A stretch of 64,000 bases of DNA from Minisyncoccota bacterium (GTDB taxonomy: Bacteria; Patescibacteriota; Minisyncoccia; Phycocordibacterales; Phycocordibacteraceae). How positions within the stretch are numbered: the first letter of the stretch is position 1; each line of letters starts with the position of its first letter. The notes under the pieces are model-generated. The model saw only the letters and a list, made by a program, of their open reading frames with translations. It did no database searches and was not told the origin of the DNA. The position numbers and the translations under genes were made by a program. The stretch covers positions 356,930 to 420,929 of the forward strand of contig JAGORR010000001.1 in the NCBI GenBank assembly GCA_018062765.1. Reading direction: 5' to 3'. Of the stretch, positions 45,744 through 55,487 are shown one piece after another.

Positions 45744-48700
45744 ATGGCAGGCGAGGGTCCAGGAAACGGTAATGGCAGCAAGCTCGCGGAGCAGCTTGCG
45801 AAACTCGTCGAGCAGAAAGGCCTTCAAGGGATGGCAGTCGCTGATGCTGGTGAGGAACAGGTGCCTGCTCAAGTTGCCACCCCCGCTGTTGTTGAACAGC
45901 ATGAAGTGCCCGTTTCCAGCTACGATGAGGCAGCGGTCTCGAAAGCGCACAAGCGATTCACCGCGCTCATAAGGGGGCTTGAGAAACACCCCGAGATACA
46001 GGTACGTCCTGATGCGCTTGCGAGCCTGAAGACGGCATTCGATGCTATGGGTAAGGCAAAAGGCAGGCTGAAGGCTATGGATGACGCGAATGAAGTGAAT
46101 CACGAACGCCGTAAGAAACAGTTGGATATCATCCAGGCATCGTTTTCCGTGATATTCGGAGAAATCGGAAACGAAGTATCCGAAGGGCTGCGCCCGGTCG
46201 ATGGGACTGCGACAGGAAGGAACGAGGCCACTTCGCGCGACGAAGTGGATACGCGCTACTATCCGCTCGCAGATGAGATTTTCGCAAAGGGGTATAACCC
46301 GAATGAGCTCGAATCGTGGCGAAACATCGCTAAGCGAGTCAAAAGGCCGATTCCAGGAAAGCCTTACAACCCGGGGATATCGCTTACTGATCGCGAGATA
46401 CGCGCGGTTCGCGCCGAACTTGCCAAACTCGAGCAGAAGGACCCGATAGTGCTTCCGACTAAAGCTGCGTCAGAACCAGCACCGCAAGTGCCGCGCGAGC
46501 GGGCACGAAAGCCAAAGCGATCGGAAAAGGATCGCGAGTCACGCGCGATTCGCGATGAACCAAGCATATACGACTCACCTGGCCCGATGCGCCGTACCGA
46601 CATGGACCGCATTGATCCTGCGGTCGTATCAGGGGTAGTTGGAACGTTTGACACGAATGCTCCTGATACGGTTACGGAGCCTTCTGGAGCGGATGCCGCC
46701 TCTGAACTCGACGTCGAGCCTGCTATTCACGACAGCACGCCGAGGCTCCCTGCGGATAAGTTCAAGGATGCGACCCCGAAGAGCGTACGCGAGAGTCTGC
46801 GCCGTTCGATACTGAGTATCAAAGAGCTGCCGCCTACGGAAATGCCAGCCGGGGCTATCGATACCTTGCCGCCTGACCTCGGGTTGAGAACCACTACTCC
46901 CGCAAGAGCGGAAGCGCTGAGGTCCGTAGTCACCCCGCCCGGATCGATAGACACGCTTCCTCCGGTCATCGATACTGCGCCGCAAGCATCTGCAGCCCCA
47001 GAGCCTGTGCTGGTTGCGGAGGTAGATCCGGACGCCGCTGATGCGGCACTTGCGCACGCCGTGTTCCCGAGTGCGTCAACGGAAGGTGTAGCAAATCTTC
47101 CCGCAGTGGTGAATTCGGAAGCTACGCCTACATGGCAGCCGCTCTCGGAGCAAGGTCTCACGCAAGAAGAACTTGTGCATCGGCGTGCTGAGCGCCGTGT
47201 GCAGATTGGCGTCGAGGCTGGCCTTACACAGGAGCTTGGCGACATGTACAACGCACGCGAAGCGTACCTCACTGCGTACCGGGCATTTTATGCGAATAAC
47301 AACCTGGCTGCGCGCGCTGCAGTACAGGCAACGAATTCCACCGAGTGGCAGAACTTGAAGCGACTTGAGGCTGCCTCGGCGACAGCAAGCCTTGCATACC
47401 AGCAAGCACTCGAGCGTTCCGCGACGGAACGGCTAACGGCTAACGCGCCTGAGCGCGAGGCGCTGCTACGTGCAAAGGGAGAGGCCAGGTACCTACTTCT
47501 TGTCGGCGTCGGCTGGAATGCGCCGCGGTACGAAGACGGCCGGCTGATGTCTAAAGAGGACTACGTGAACCAGTACATGACGCAGTACCAGGGCCGCGTA
47601 CTCGATCGCTACATGTCTACTATTGCGTGGCGCGAAGTCACAGCCGGGAACGAGAACGCACGCATCGAGACTCGTGCGGAGGCGCTAGGAGCAAAACAAC
47701 GCAACGTCTTCGATAGGATGCGCTCGTTGGTCCAGGCAACGAACCAGGGACTCGAACGGACGCTTACTCCGACGGGCGCTCGCGCATTCCGTATCGTCGC
47801 AGCTGCGGGCGTCGGTACCGTGCTTGGCGGGTGGGCAGCAGGTGCGATGCGTGGTGCCTCGGTTATCGCAGGTATGCTCACTGGCTCCACCGCGGGTGCG
47901 GCAGCAGGCTCCTTGTTCCAGCGTCTCGTGGGTGCGCGCCGGGCAGCTGCCGTTGATACTGTGCGACACTCGCGTATCACAAGTGCCGCAGACTTAACAG
48001 CGGCAGCTGCTGCGTTCCGCAAGGGTGACGCTGCGCAAATAGCAGCTACGCGAAGGCGTTGGGAGATGGGCGTCGCGCTCGGCGTCGCCTTCCTTACGGC
48101 ACGTTCTATGCCGGGACTAGAGCCCGTCGTTACTAGCTCCCTTAGCGATTTGAGGCGCATCGGCGGAGAGATTATGGGAACAGGCGAGAGCGCCGGCGCG
48201 ACAGCGGCCGTACCCACTGGTGGCGAGTCAGCGTCGCCTTCGTCAGCGGTCACGGGAGGCGCTGGCGGCAGTGAAGGCCAGTCTGCGCCTGTCGCCGGGG
48301 GTGAGAGCGGTACGGGAAGCGGAGCACCAAGAGCAGGCGGTGAAGGCTCCGGGGGCGCAGCTCCGCTCGACTCATCCGTGCCGCCACCTGCGAACAATCC
48401 AGGCCCTGCGGGGAGTCCCTTCGGACGCATTCCGGTACCGACGGATTCCGTTCCGCAGGCGGACGCTATCGGGGGATTCGCTCGTGAGTCGGCGATAATC
48501 TCGGGCGGTAACGGAGGTGACGCCGTGTCGAGTGAAGGACTCGACGATATGCGCGCAGTTGCGGCCGAAGTGCGCGGCACCTCGACAGAATACGTGGCAC
48601 GTTCAGGTGACGGCGGCATTAAGCTCGTCGAAGGTCTCCAGCAGCAGCTTGCGCGCGAGGGCATCACTGAGACGACACCAGGCATTTCAGCTATGACGCG

Positions 48701-49547
48701 TGAGATAGCATCGGCTGATACGAATGCGGAAGCCGAGGCAGTCGCGAAGAAATACGGACTCTACAAGCCAGGGGTCACCGATGAGAGTGCAGCAATCGGT
48801 AAGGAAGCTCGAATCAGGATAGACGGAGAGAAGCTCGTGCTTACGGACGCAAAAGGCGAGGCAGTTTTCATAGACGAGAAGAATCCATATAGCGGAAAGA
48901 TGTTTGATAGCAATCCACCACCTCCTGTTCGTGAGATTCCACCGGAAACAAGGGCTTCCGGTGAACGCGTAGCTCCAAGTGAGGCGCCACCACCTGCTCA
49001 AAGAGAAGTAGTCTCGAGCGCAGGACAAGAGCAGATAGTTCCAAGAGAGGAGCCTCCTCGAGTAGCTGGTCAAACGAAGTCCTATTGGGACATGACAGAA
49101 GTCGAGAAGACGCAGCACCTGAACCGACTCTCGATAGCGGACGCGCGACAGGCACGTCTCGATTGGGAGGACTACGCACGTAAGTATGACGCGTATCTCG
49201 AAGAGGTGGCACGCGAGAGGGGAGTTCCTGCAGCCGCGGTTGTGGGAAGTGCTCCCGTCGCGTCCCCCGCTGCCATCGAACGCGATCTTCAACCGGTACG
49301 TGTAGACGCCTCACCAACGCCTGCGTCAGAACCTGCGCCTTCGGCGGCAAAACCCGCACCAGAGCCAGTTCGTCCTGTACCGTCTCCGGAAGGACCACCG
49401 CGCGATACCATTTCTACCGACGAAGCGATCCGTCAATTCGGCGATCCGCAGGCAGCGGCGTCACGAGGAGCAACGCCGACGCCAGCAGCGAGCGAGTCGA
49501 TAACCACGGACGAGGCTATTAACCAGCTTCGTGCGCAGAAGAAGTAA
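45744..49547 (+). CDS. Giant low-complexity protein (1267 aa; Ala/Glu/Pro/Gly-rich; central Gly-rich hydrophobic segment; Pro-rich C-terminus)
   Basis: Single uninterrupted ORF starting 13 nt after the ATPase gene; the internal antisense ORFs are GC-artefacts. Confidence 0.5.
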   Translation: MAGEGPGNGNGSKLAEQLAKLVEQKGLQGMAVADAGEEQVPAQVATPAVVEQHEVPVSSYDEAAVSKAHKRFTALIRGLEKHPEIQVRPDALASLKTAFDAMGKAKGRLKAMDDANEVNHERRKKQLDIIQASFSVIFGEIGNEVSEGLRPVDGTATGRNEATSRDEVDTRYYPLADEIFAKGYNPNELESWRNIAKRVKRPIPGKPYNPGISLTDREIRAVRAELAKLEQKDPIVLPTKAASEPAPQVPRERARKPKRSEKDRESRAIRDEPSIYDSPGPMRRTDMDRIDPAVVSGVVGTFDTNAPDTVTEPSGADAASELDVEPAIHDSTPRLPADKFKDATPKSVRESLRRSILSIKELPPTEMPAGAIDTLPPDLGLRTTTPARAEALRSVVTPPGSIDTLPPVIDTAPQASAAPEPVLVAEVDPDAADAALAHAVFPSASTEGVANLPAVVNSEATPTWQPLSEQGLTQEELVHRRAERRVQIGVEAGLTQELGDMYNAREAYLTAYRAFYANNNLAARAAVQATNSTEWQNLKRLEAASATASLAYQQALERSATERLTANAPEREALLRAKGEARYLLLVGVGWNAPRYEDGRLMSKEDYVNQYMTQYQGRVLDRYMSTIAWREVTAGNENARIETRAEALGAKQRNVFDRMRSLVQATNQGLERTLTPTGARAFRIVAAAGVGTVLGGWAAGAMRGASVIAGMLTGSTAGAAAGSLFQRLVGARRAAAVDTVRHSRITSAADLTAAAAAFRKGDAAQIAATRRRWEMGVALGVAFLTARSMPGLEPVVTSSLSDLRRIGGEIMGTGESAGATAAVPTGGESASPSSAVTGGAGGSEGQSAPVAGGESGTGSGAPRAGGEGSGGAAPLDSSVPPPANNPGPAGSPFGRIPVPTDSVPQADAIGGFARESAIISGGNGGDAVSSEGLDDMRAVAAEVRGTSTEYVARSGDGGIKLVEGLQQQLAREGITETTPGISAMTREIASADTNAEAEAVAKKYGLYKPGVTDESAAIGKEARIRIDGEKLVLTDAKGEAVFIDEKNPYSGKMFDSNPPPPVREIPPETRASGERVAPSEAPPPAQREVVSSAGQEQIVPREEPPRVAGQTKSYWDMTEVEKTQHLNRLSIADARQARLDWEDYARKYDAYLEEVARERGVPAAAVVGSAPVASPAAIERDLQPVRVDASPTPASEPAPSAAKPAPEPVRPVPSPEGPPRDTISTDEAIRQFGDPQAAASRGATPTPAASESITTDEAINQLRAQKK

Positions 49548-49574
49548 TAGTTTCGCATTGTAACAACCTGAAGT

Positions 49575-49859
49575 ATGGATACTCACACAAACGGAGCACT
49601 CGATATCGGCTCGCTTCCACCCGATGAGCAGGAGGAGGTTCTCCTTACTGCCGGAGACCTTATCATGAAGGAATCCCTAGTGCGGCTCGCGGAGCAGATG
49701 GATGATGCGACCGCAACCGAATTCGATGCGCTCCTCACTAAGGGCGCGAGCGAAGAAGAGATAGCAGCCTTCATACAGACTCGTGTGCCTGGTGCGGACG
49801 TTGCTATGAAGGGCTCCGTTGACGATGTGCAGGGTGCTATACTCGGGGACAAGCCTTAA
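49575..49859 (+). CDS. Small acidic hypothetical protein
   Basis: 94 aa; no recognisable domain. Confidence 0.35.
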   Translation: MDTHTNGALDIGSLPPDEQEEVLLTAGDLIMKESLVRLAEQMDDATATEFDALLTKGASEEEIAAFIQTRVPGADVAMKGSVDDVQGAILGDKP

Positions 49860-49871
49860 TACACATAGCGT

Positions 49872-50363
49872 ATGAATGTCACTGGTACCGGAGTAGCTGT
49901 CGCCCTCGCGGTCGTCTTTGCTCTCGGATTCCTGTTCTTCGGCCCCGCCATACTTACTCCGTCAGCAGTCATTTCTCCCCCTGTCACTATGAATTCAGAA
50001 GAAAACCTAGCAGCTTACGCAGATGTGCTGCCGACCGAGCTCACCGTAACCGATCTGAGTGTCGGGGAAGGCGCTGAGGCTGCGAGCGGCGACCTTATCT
50101 CCGTGAATTACATAGGAGCGTTCCCGGATAACACGATATTCGATGCGTCCGCAAGCCACGGCGGCCCCTTCACGTTCCGTCTTGGCGTGGATTCAGTCAT
50201 CCAAGGATGGCAGAAGGGACTCGTCGGGATGAAGGAGGGAGGTACGCGTATCCTTATCATTCCACCCCATGAGGGATACGGACCTGACGGATACGGCTCC
50301 ATTCCGCCAAACGCGACGCTCATCTTCAAGGTCGAACTCGTAAAAGTTGAAAAAGCTCAGTAG
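49872..50363 (+). CDS. FKBP-type peptidyl-prolyl cis-trans isomerase (secreted or anchored)
   Basis: N-terminal hydrophobic segment; FKBP core GDLISVNYIG...IQGWQKGLVGMKEGG...ATLIFKVELV. Confidence 0.85.
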   Translation: MNVTGTGVAVALAVVFALGFLFFGPAILTPSAVISPPVTMNSEENLAAYADVLPTELTVTDLSVGEGAEAASGDLISVNYIGAFPDNTIFDASASHGGPFTFRLGVDSVIQGWQKGLVGMKEGGTRILIIPPHEGYGPDGYGSIPPNATLIFKVELVKVEKAQ

Positions 50364-50380
50364 CTTTCGAACATAGTATA

Positions 50381-50409
50381 AAAAGTAAGCGCCGGAGATT
50401 TCTCTCCGG
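50381..50409. terminator. Bidirectional terminator AAGCGCCGGAGA-tttct-CTCCGGCGCTT
   Basis: Hairpin between convergent genes. Confidence 0.55.
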
Positions 50410-50446
50410 CGCTTGTAGTTTCCCACGAAGGGATGGTTGTCTCGGT

Positions 50447-51175
50447 TCAGTCCCGGATGGGATCCTGATACCGCTGTTCGACCTGGACTAGGCGGCCGTT
50501 CGCTTCGACGTAGCCGACGAAGGACGGGCACCATTCTCCCATCGCGTCGAGCCAGATGTCGTTCTGGGCGAACCAGAACCGCGACATGGCGAGCCACATG
50601 CTGTTCTGCATGTCGTACCCATCCAACATCGTGTTGTACATCATCTGGTTGGAGAGCGACGGAATCACACTGCCCAAGAGGTAGGTGGCGCCATAGTCGG
50701 CACCAAACGCACTCCAGGCCTGGATTCCGCCGGCAACCACCGAGCCGATGGTCACGATGTTGCTCGTGTCGCGCTGGGACTTGGCCTTCAGCTGGAAGGC
50801 CTCGATGTGATCCGCCTGACGGCGGAGCTCAGCGAGCCACAGGCGCTGCAACTCGATGCGGCCACAGGCGCGCACCACCTGCGGGATGTGATACCGCAGG
50901 TCGCGTTCGCCGAACTGTTCTATCGCGTAGCGGGTCGACAGGAAGGTCTGACGACCCAAGTCGTCAGTCTTTTCGGTCAGAGGCGCGATGTTCGGGGGCA
51001 GATTGCCCTCGTAGTACATGCCACGACCATCGAGGTTCGCATGGATCGACGCGTTCTGGACGCGCGCTTCGAAGTCAGCCGTCCGTTCCAGTGGTGCGAT
51101 TCCCTGACGGGAAGCGCATGCGCTGAGCGGAACGACGATCGCCATGGCGAGTGCCACGGCACGGAAGATACGCAT
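50447..51175 (-). CDS. Lipoprotein, hypothetical (lipobox LSAC)
   Basis: 242 aa; signal peptide plus Cys; RBS GAGGAGGG; paralogous to the disrupted gene at 51370-51729. Confidence 0.6.
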   Translation of the reverse strand: MRIFRAVALAMAIVVPLSACASRQGIAPLERTADFEARVQNASIHANLDGRGMYYEGNLPPNIAPLTEKTDDLGRQTFLSTRYAIEQFGERDLRYHIPQVVRACGRIELQRLWLAELRRQADHIEAFQLKAKSQRDTSNIVTIGSVVAGGIQAWSAFGADYGATYLLGSVIPSLSNQMMYNTMLDGYDMQNSMWLAMSRFWFAQNDIWLDAMGEWCPSFVGYVEANGRLVQVEQRYQDPIRD

Positions 51176-51266
51176 GTCAGTGCCCTCCTCGGGCGTTTCA
51201 GTTGATTGGTTTCAGTTTCGGAAGGGAATTGGCTCAGATGAGCCTCCTCCGGCACTCCTGCAGTCA

Positions 51267-51294
51267 AATATACATGATTATAGTAGCTTGTCAA
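51267..51294 (-). promoter_or_regulatory. Consensus sigma70-type promoter (TTGACA-16 nt-TATATT) for the lipoprotein gene
   Basis: Reverse complement of plus 51289-51294 is TTGACA and of 51267-51272 is TATATT. Confidence 0.5.
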
Positions 51295-51316
51295 GCTCAT
51301 GATCGTCGCTGGAAAA

Positions 51317-51354
51317 GTAAAAGGCGCCGAGGGGTTTCCTCGGCGCCTTGTTTG
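51317..51354. terminator. Terminator hairpin GGCGCCGAGG-ggtttc-CTCGGCGCC flanked by A/T tracts
   Basis: Read from the sequence. Confidence 0.55.
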
Positions 51355-51369
51355 CGCGGCTGTCGTCGC

Positions 51370-51729
51370 TTATTCGTCGACGATGGCGCCGTGCTTGTCG
51401 ATCCACATGGTGAAGAGCGAGCACCAGGCGGCCATCTCGCCGAGCTGCGTGTGCTGCCTGTCGCCGAACCAGAACCGGTTCAGCTAATGCCAATGCGCGT
51501 TCTGTGCGCATTCCTGCTTCATCGCGGCGACGCGGATGCGGACGGCGTTCTCGCCGAACGTGGCGCTCGCGGCATCGGTTCGGACGAAGAGCAGGCGGCC
51601 GAGGTCATCGGTCTGCACGGTCGCCGGCAGGATGTTCGGCGGCAACGGGCCTTCATAGGTCGGAGCCGCCGAAGAACAGCCGATCAGCATGAGCGCACAG
51701 GCGGCGCTTAACAACAGTTTGCGGGCCAT
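51370..51729 (-). pseudogene. Lipoprotein paralog (lipobox LIGC) interrupted by an in-frame TAG at plus 51484-51486
   Basis: MARKLLLSAACALMLIGCSS...QNAHWH-TAG-LNRFWFGDRQHTQLGEMAAWCSLFTMWIDKHGAIVDE; both halves align with the 50447-51175 protein (YEGPLPPNI..TDDLGR; RFWF..W..MGEWC); strong RBS GAAGGAGG. Confidence 0.6.
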
Positions 51730-51880
51730 AAGGCCTCCTTCAGGCTTGGGTTGCCGGGCACTTGTGCCCGTGGTCTTAGAACGTAAAACCGTGAGTGATA
51801 ATGAACTTATTACTGAATATGTCAAGTCTTCATGGCAGTCGCGGCTTGCCGTTTACGCCCGTCGCCCGTAGGCTTTTTAG

Positions 51881-53101
51881 ATGTCAGCCATCTTGTTTTC
51901 CATAGGTTCGCGTTCACCGCGCTCGAAGGCGCGTGCAGGAACGCTCACGACGCCGCATGGTGTCATCGAGACGCCCGCCTTCGTACCGGTAGGAACCAAG
52001 GCGAACGTGAAAGGCATCCTGCCGGAAACGCTAACGGCCATAGGAGCTCAGGTCGTTCTTGCTAATACCTACCACCTGTATCTCACGCCCGGCGAGGCTG
52101 TCGTAGAGCAGGCGGGAGGACTCGGGCAGTTCATGAACTGGAGCGGCCCTACGATGACGGACTCAGGCGGGTTTCAGGTGTTCTCTTTAGGTGTAGCGTT
52201 TGGAAAGACCATATCGAAGTTCGTGAAAGGCGAGGAGCCTGCCGAAGACGGGGTGGCGGTGTACGACGAGGGCGTCGCTTCGCAACACGGCCAGCTTGCG
52301 GTCATCGATGAGGAAGGCGTTACCTTCACCTCGCACTACGACGGTACCTTGCATCGCTTCACGCCGGAACGCTCGGTAGAGATTCAGCAACGACTTGGCG
52401 CAGACATGTTCTTCGCGTTCGATGAGTTCAAATCACCGACCGCGCCCTACGAGGAGCAAAAGGACTCGATGAATAGGACGCACCGCTGGGCGGAGCGCTC
52501 CCTTAAGGCGCATCGGCAGAATATCGCCGCGCGCGAGCGCCAGGCGATATTCGGCATCGTGCAGGGCGGGCGTCACGAAGACCTGCGGAAGGAATCCGCT
52601 AGAGAAATTGCCTCACTCGGATTCGACGGTATCGGCATCGGCGGCTCCTTCAGCAAGGAGGACATGCGAGGAGCGCTTCAAGCCGCGGTAAACGAATTGC
52701 CCGAAGAGCTACCCAAGCACTTCCTCGGGATAGGCGAGCCCGGCGATATCCTGGAGGGTATCGCTAACGGGATGGACCTCTTCGACTGTGTGGCGGCTAC
52801 CCGCATCGGCCGCCATGGCTCCATCTATACGAAGCGCGGGATACTTCACCTCCGGAATGGTTCCTTTAAGAACGACTTCTCGCCGCTTGACCCGGAGACG
52901 GTGATTCCGGGCACGGAAGGCTTCACACGCGCATACGTCTCGCACCTGACGCGAAGCGGGGAGCTACTCGGCTCCATGCTGTGCTCGATGCATAACGTCG
53001 GATTCATCCTTCAGCTCGTGGATGAAGCGCGACGTGCGATACAGGATGGTCGCTTCGAAGCATTTCGTGAGGAGTTTGTACGCAACTACTACAGCAATTG
53101 A
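51881..53101 (+). CDS. tgt: Queuine tRNA-ribosyltransferase
   Basis: TPHGVIETPAFVPVGT...LANTYHL N-terminal Tgt motifs; 406 aa. Confidence 0.85.
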   Translation: MSAILFSIGSRSPRSKARAGTLTTPHGVIETPAFVPVGTKANVKGILPETLTAIGAQVVLANTYHLYLTPGEAVVEQAGGLGQFMNWSGPTMTDSGGFQVFSLGVAFGKTISKFVKGEEPAEDGVAVYDEGVASQHGQLAVIDEEGVTFTSHYDGTLHRFTPERSVEIQQRLGADMFFAFDEFKSPTAPYEEQKDSMNRTHRWAERSLKAHRQNIAARERQAIFGIVQGGRHEDLRKESAREIASLGFDGIGIGGSFSKEDMRGALQAAVNELPEELPKHFLGIGEPGDILEGIANGMDLFDCVAATRIGRHGSIYTKRGILHLRNGSFKNDFSPLDPETVIPGTEGFTRAYVSHLTRSGELLGSMLCSMHNVGFILQLVDEARRAIQDGRFEAFREEFVRNYYSN

Positions 53102-53152
53102 CATATGCCTTGATTAGTGGTATACAGTACTCAGTCAGCTAAGGAGGTACAG

Positions 53153-53260
53153 ATGGTTGCGAACGATAATTTTGCGTACGGCAAATGGAAGCGTCGCGTG
53201 TGGTGGGTAGCCGGCATCCTTGCAGCGATCGGAGCGATCGTCTACGCGATGTCGACGTGA
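53153..53260 (+). CDS. 35-aa single-TM membrane peptide (MVANDNFAYGKWKRRVWWVAGILAAIGAIVYAMST)
   Basis: Strong RBS AAGGAGG 6 nt upstream; followed by terminator GGCGGCAGTCA-tttt-GACTGCCGC+TTTTT at about 53279-53307; missed by the >=60-aa ORF filter. Confidence 0.45.
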   Translation: MVANDNFAYGKWKRRVWWVAGILAAIGAIVYAMST

Positions 53261-53351
53261 GCCCGCCGATCAGGCGAAGGGCGGCAGTCATTTTGACTGC
53301 CGCTTTTTCTACATCCGCGGGCTGGCGCGTAAAGTGCTAGAATGTCCTGTC

Positions 53352-55418
53352 ATGGCGAATTTCAAGCTCCATACGCCCTTTCCGCCGGCTGGCGATCAGC
53401 CTGCGGCTATCAGCGCGCTCACCAAGGGGCTTAAGAACGGTCTCGAACACCAGACCTTGCTCGGCGTAACCGGCTCCGGAAAGACGTTCACCTGCGCAAA
53501 CGTCATCGCGAATTATGATAAGCCGACACTCGTCCTCGCGCACAACAAGACGCTTGCCGCGCAGCTCGCGCAGGAGTACCGCGAATTCTTCCCGGATAAC
53601 GCGGTGCACTTCTTCGTTTCGTACTATGACTACTACCAGCCGGAGGCATACATCGCGCACTCTGATACCTACATAGAGAAGGAGGCGCAGATAAACGCCG
53701 AGATAGATCGCCTAAGGCATGCTGCGACGCAGGCGCTTTTGACACGCAAGGATGTCATCATTGTGGCGTCCGTTTCAGCTATATACGGCCTCGGCTCGCC
53801 GGAAGAGTACGAGAAGGTGCATGTGAAGCTCGAGAAGGGAAAGGAGATAGAGGGCGGCCGGGCGGGACTTATCCGCAAGCTCATACGCATCTATTTCGAG
53901 CGCACGAACGCGGACCTTGAGCCTGGAAAGATCCGCGCCGTAGGGAACGCGGTGGAGTTCATGCCGGTCAACGAACGCTCTATATACCGGGTACGCTTCG
54001 ACGGGGATGTCGTCGCGGAGATCGAATGCCTCGACCCGGTATCCCGCGCGAAGTCGACTTCCGTGGACTCTGCGTTCATATTCCCGGCCAAGCACTTCGT
54101 ATCAGACGAGGAGGACAGAAACCGGGCAATCGAGGACATTAAGCTCGAGCTCGACGAGCACTTGGCGAAGCTGAAGCGCGAGGGCAAGGACCTCGAGGCG
54201 GAGCGCATGAAGCGCCGCACGCTTCATGATCTCGCTCTCATAAAGGAGATCGGCTATACGACGGGCATCGAAAACTACTCGCGTCACTTCGACGGCAGAA
54301 AGCCGGGAGAGCCGCCGCATACGCTGCTCTCCTACTTTCCACACAAGAAGGACGGTTCCGCGGATTTCCTCACGGTGATAGACGAGTCCCACGTAACCGT
54401 CTCGCAGATAGGCGGCATGTTCGCGGGTGACCGAAGTCGCAAAGATAACCTCGTTGAATACGGTTTCCGGCTGCCTTCGGCACGCGACAATCGTCCTTTG
54501 ATGTTCGAGGAATTCGAAAAGCGCATCGGACAAGTCATCTACACGTCTGCAACGCCAGGAAATTATGAACGTGAGCACTCGGTGGCACCTAGCGGCCAGG
54601 TTGTGGAGCAGATCATCCGTCCGACGGGCCTTATCGACCCGGAATTGGTCATACGGCCGGTCACCGAGGAAAAGGATTTCCCGGGGCAGGTGAAGGACTT
54701 TATCGCAGAGTCCGAGATTGTCATCAAGCGCGGCGGGCGTGCGCTTGCGACGACCCTCACCAAGCAGATGGCAGAGGACCTTGCGACGTTCCTGCGCGAG
54801 AAGGGAATCAAAGCCGAGTATCTTCACTCGGACATAAAGACCATCGACCGTATCGAGATACTCACGGCGTTCCGTAAGGGAACGTTCGACATACTGGTCG
54901 GCGTCAATCTCCTTCGAGAGGGGCTCGACCTGCCGGAAGTAGAGCTCGTTGGCATTCTCGACGCCGATAAGGAGGGATTCCTGCGCTCCGAGACCTCCCT
55001 CATCCAGACCATCGGACGCGCAGCGCGTAACGTTCTGGGGCGTGTGATTTTGTATGCGGATCAGATGACAGGGTCGCTTGAGAAGGCGATAGGGGAAACC
55101 AACCGACGTCGCGCGATTCAGGTTGCCTATAACGAGAAGCACGGCATAACGCCGCTTTCCATAAAAAAAGAGATTCGTGATATCGCTGAGTCGATACGCA
55201 CCGAGCATCAGAAGACAGTAGATTCGCTCCTCTCACTCGACGCAATCATGTATCGGGACGACCCAGAGGCGTTCGTGAAGGACAAGCGACAGCAGATGGC
55301 AGAGGCGGTGGAGTCCCTGGACTTCGAGACCGCAGCCCTCATCCGGGACGAGCTCTACGTGCTTGAAGGAAACGGCCCGGTTAAGAAAGCACGACCGAGA
55401 AATCGTCGTGGGCGGTAG
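53352..55418 (+). CDS. uvrB: Excinuclease ABC subunit B
   Basis: GVTGSGKTF Walker A, helicase motifs and a C-terminal UvrB/UvrC-interaction region; start set at MANFKLH (a TAGAAT -10-like box lies 10 nt upstream, so the mRNA is possibly leaderless). Confidence 0.9.
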   Translation: MANFKLHTPFPPAGDQPAAISALTKGLKNGLEHQTLLGVTGSGKTFTCANVIANYDKPTLVLAHNKTLAAQLAQEYREFFPDNAVHFFVSYYDYYQPEAYIAHSDTYIEKEAQINAEIDRLRHAATQALLTRKDVIIVASVSAIYGLGSPEEYEKVHVKLEKGKEIEGGRAGLIRKLIRIYFERTNADLEPGKIRAVGNAVEFMPVNERSIYRVRFDGDVVAEIECLDPVSRAKSTSVDSAFIFPAKHFVSDEEDRNRAIEDIKLELDEHLAKLKREGKDLEAERMKRRTLHDLALIKEIGYTTGIENYSRHFDGRKPGEPPHTLLSYFPHKKDGSADFLTVIDESHVTVSQIGGMFAGDRSRKDNLVEYGFRLPSARDNRPLMFEEFEKRIGQVIYTSATPGNYEREHSVAPSGQVVEQIIRPTGLIDPELVIRPVTEEKDFPGQVKDFIAESEIVIKRGGRALATTLTKQMAEDLATFLREKGIKAEYLHSDIKTIDRIEILTAFRKGTFDILVGVNLLREGLDLPEVELVGILDADKEGFLRSETSLIQTIGRAARNVLGRVILYADQMTGSLEKAIGETNRRRAIQVAYNEKHGITPLSIKKEIRDIAESIRTEHQKTVDSLLSLDAIMYRDDPEAFVKDKRQQMAEAVESLDFETAALIRDELYVLEGNGPVKKARPRNRRGR

Positions 55419-55487
55419 CTATTGACAGATATGTGTTTAGGTGCTATTATGCACATCAGCAATCACGCTAGCGGGTAGGAGATCCCA

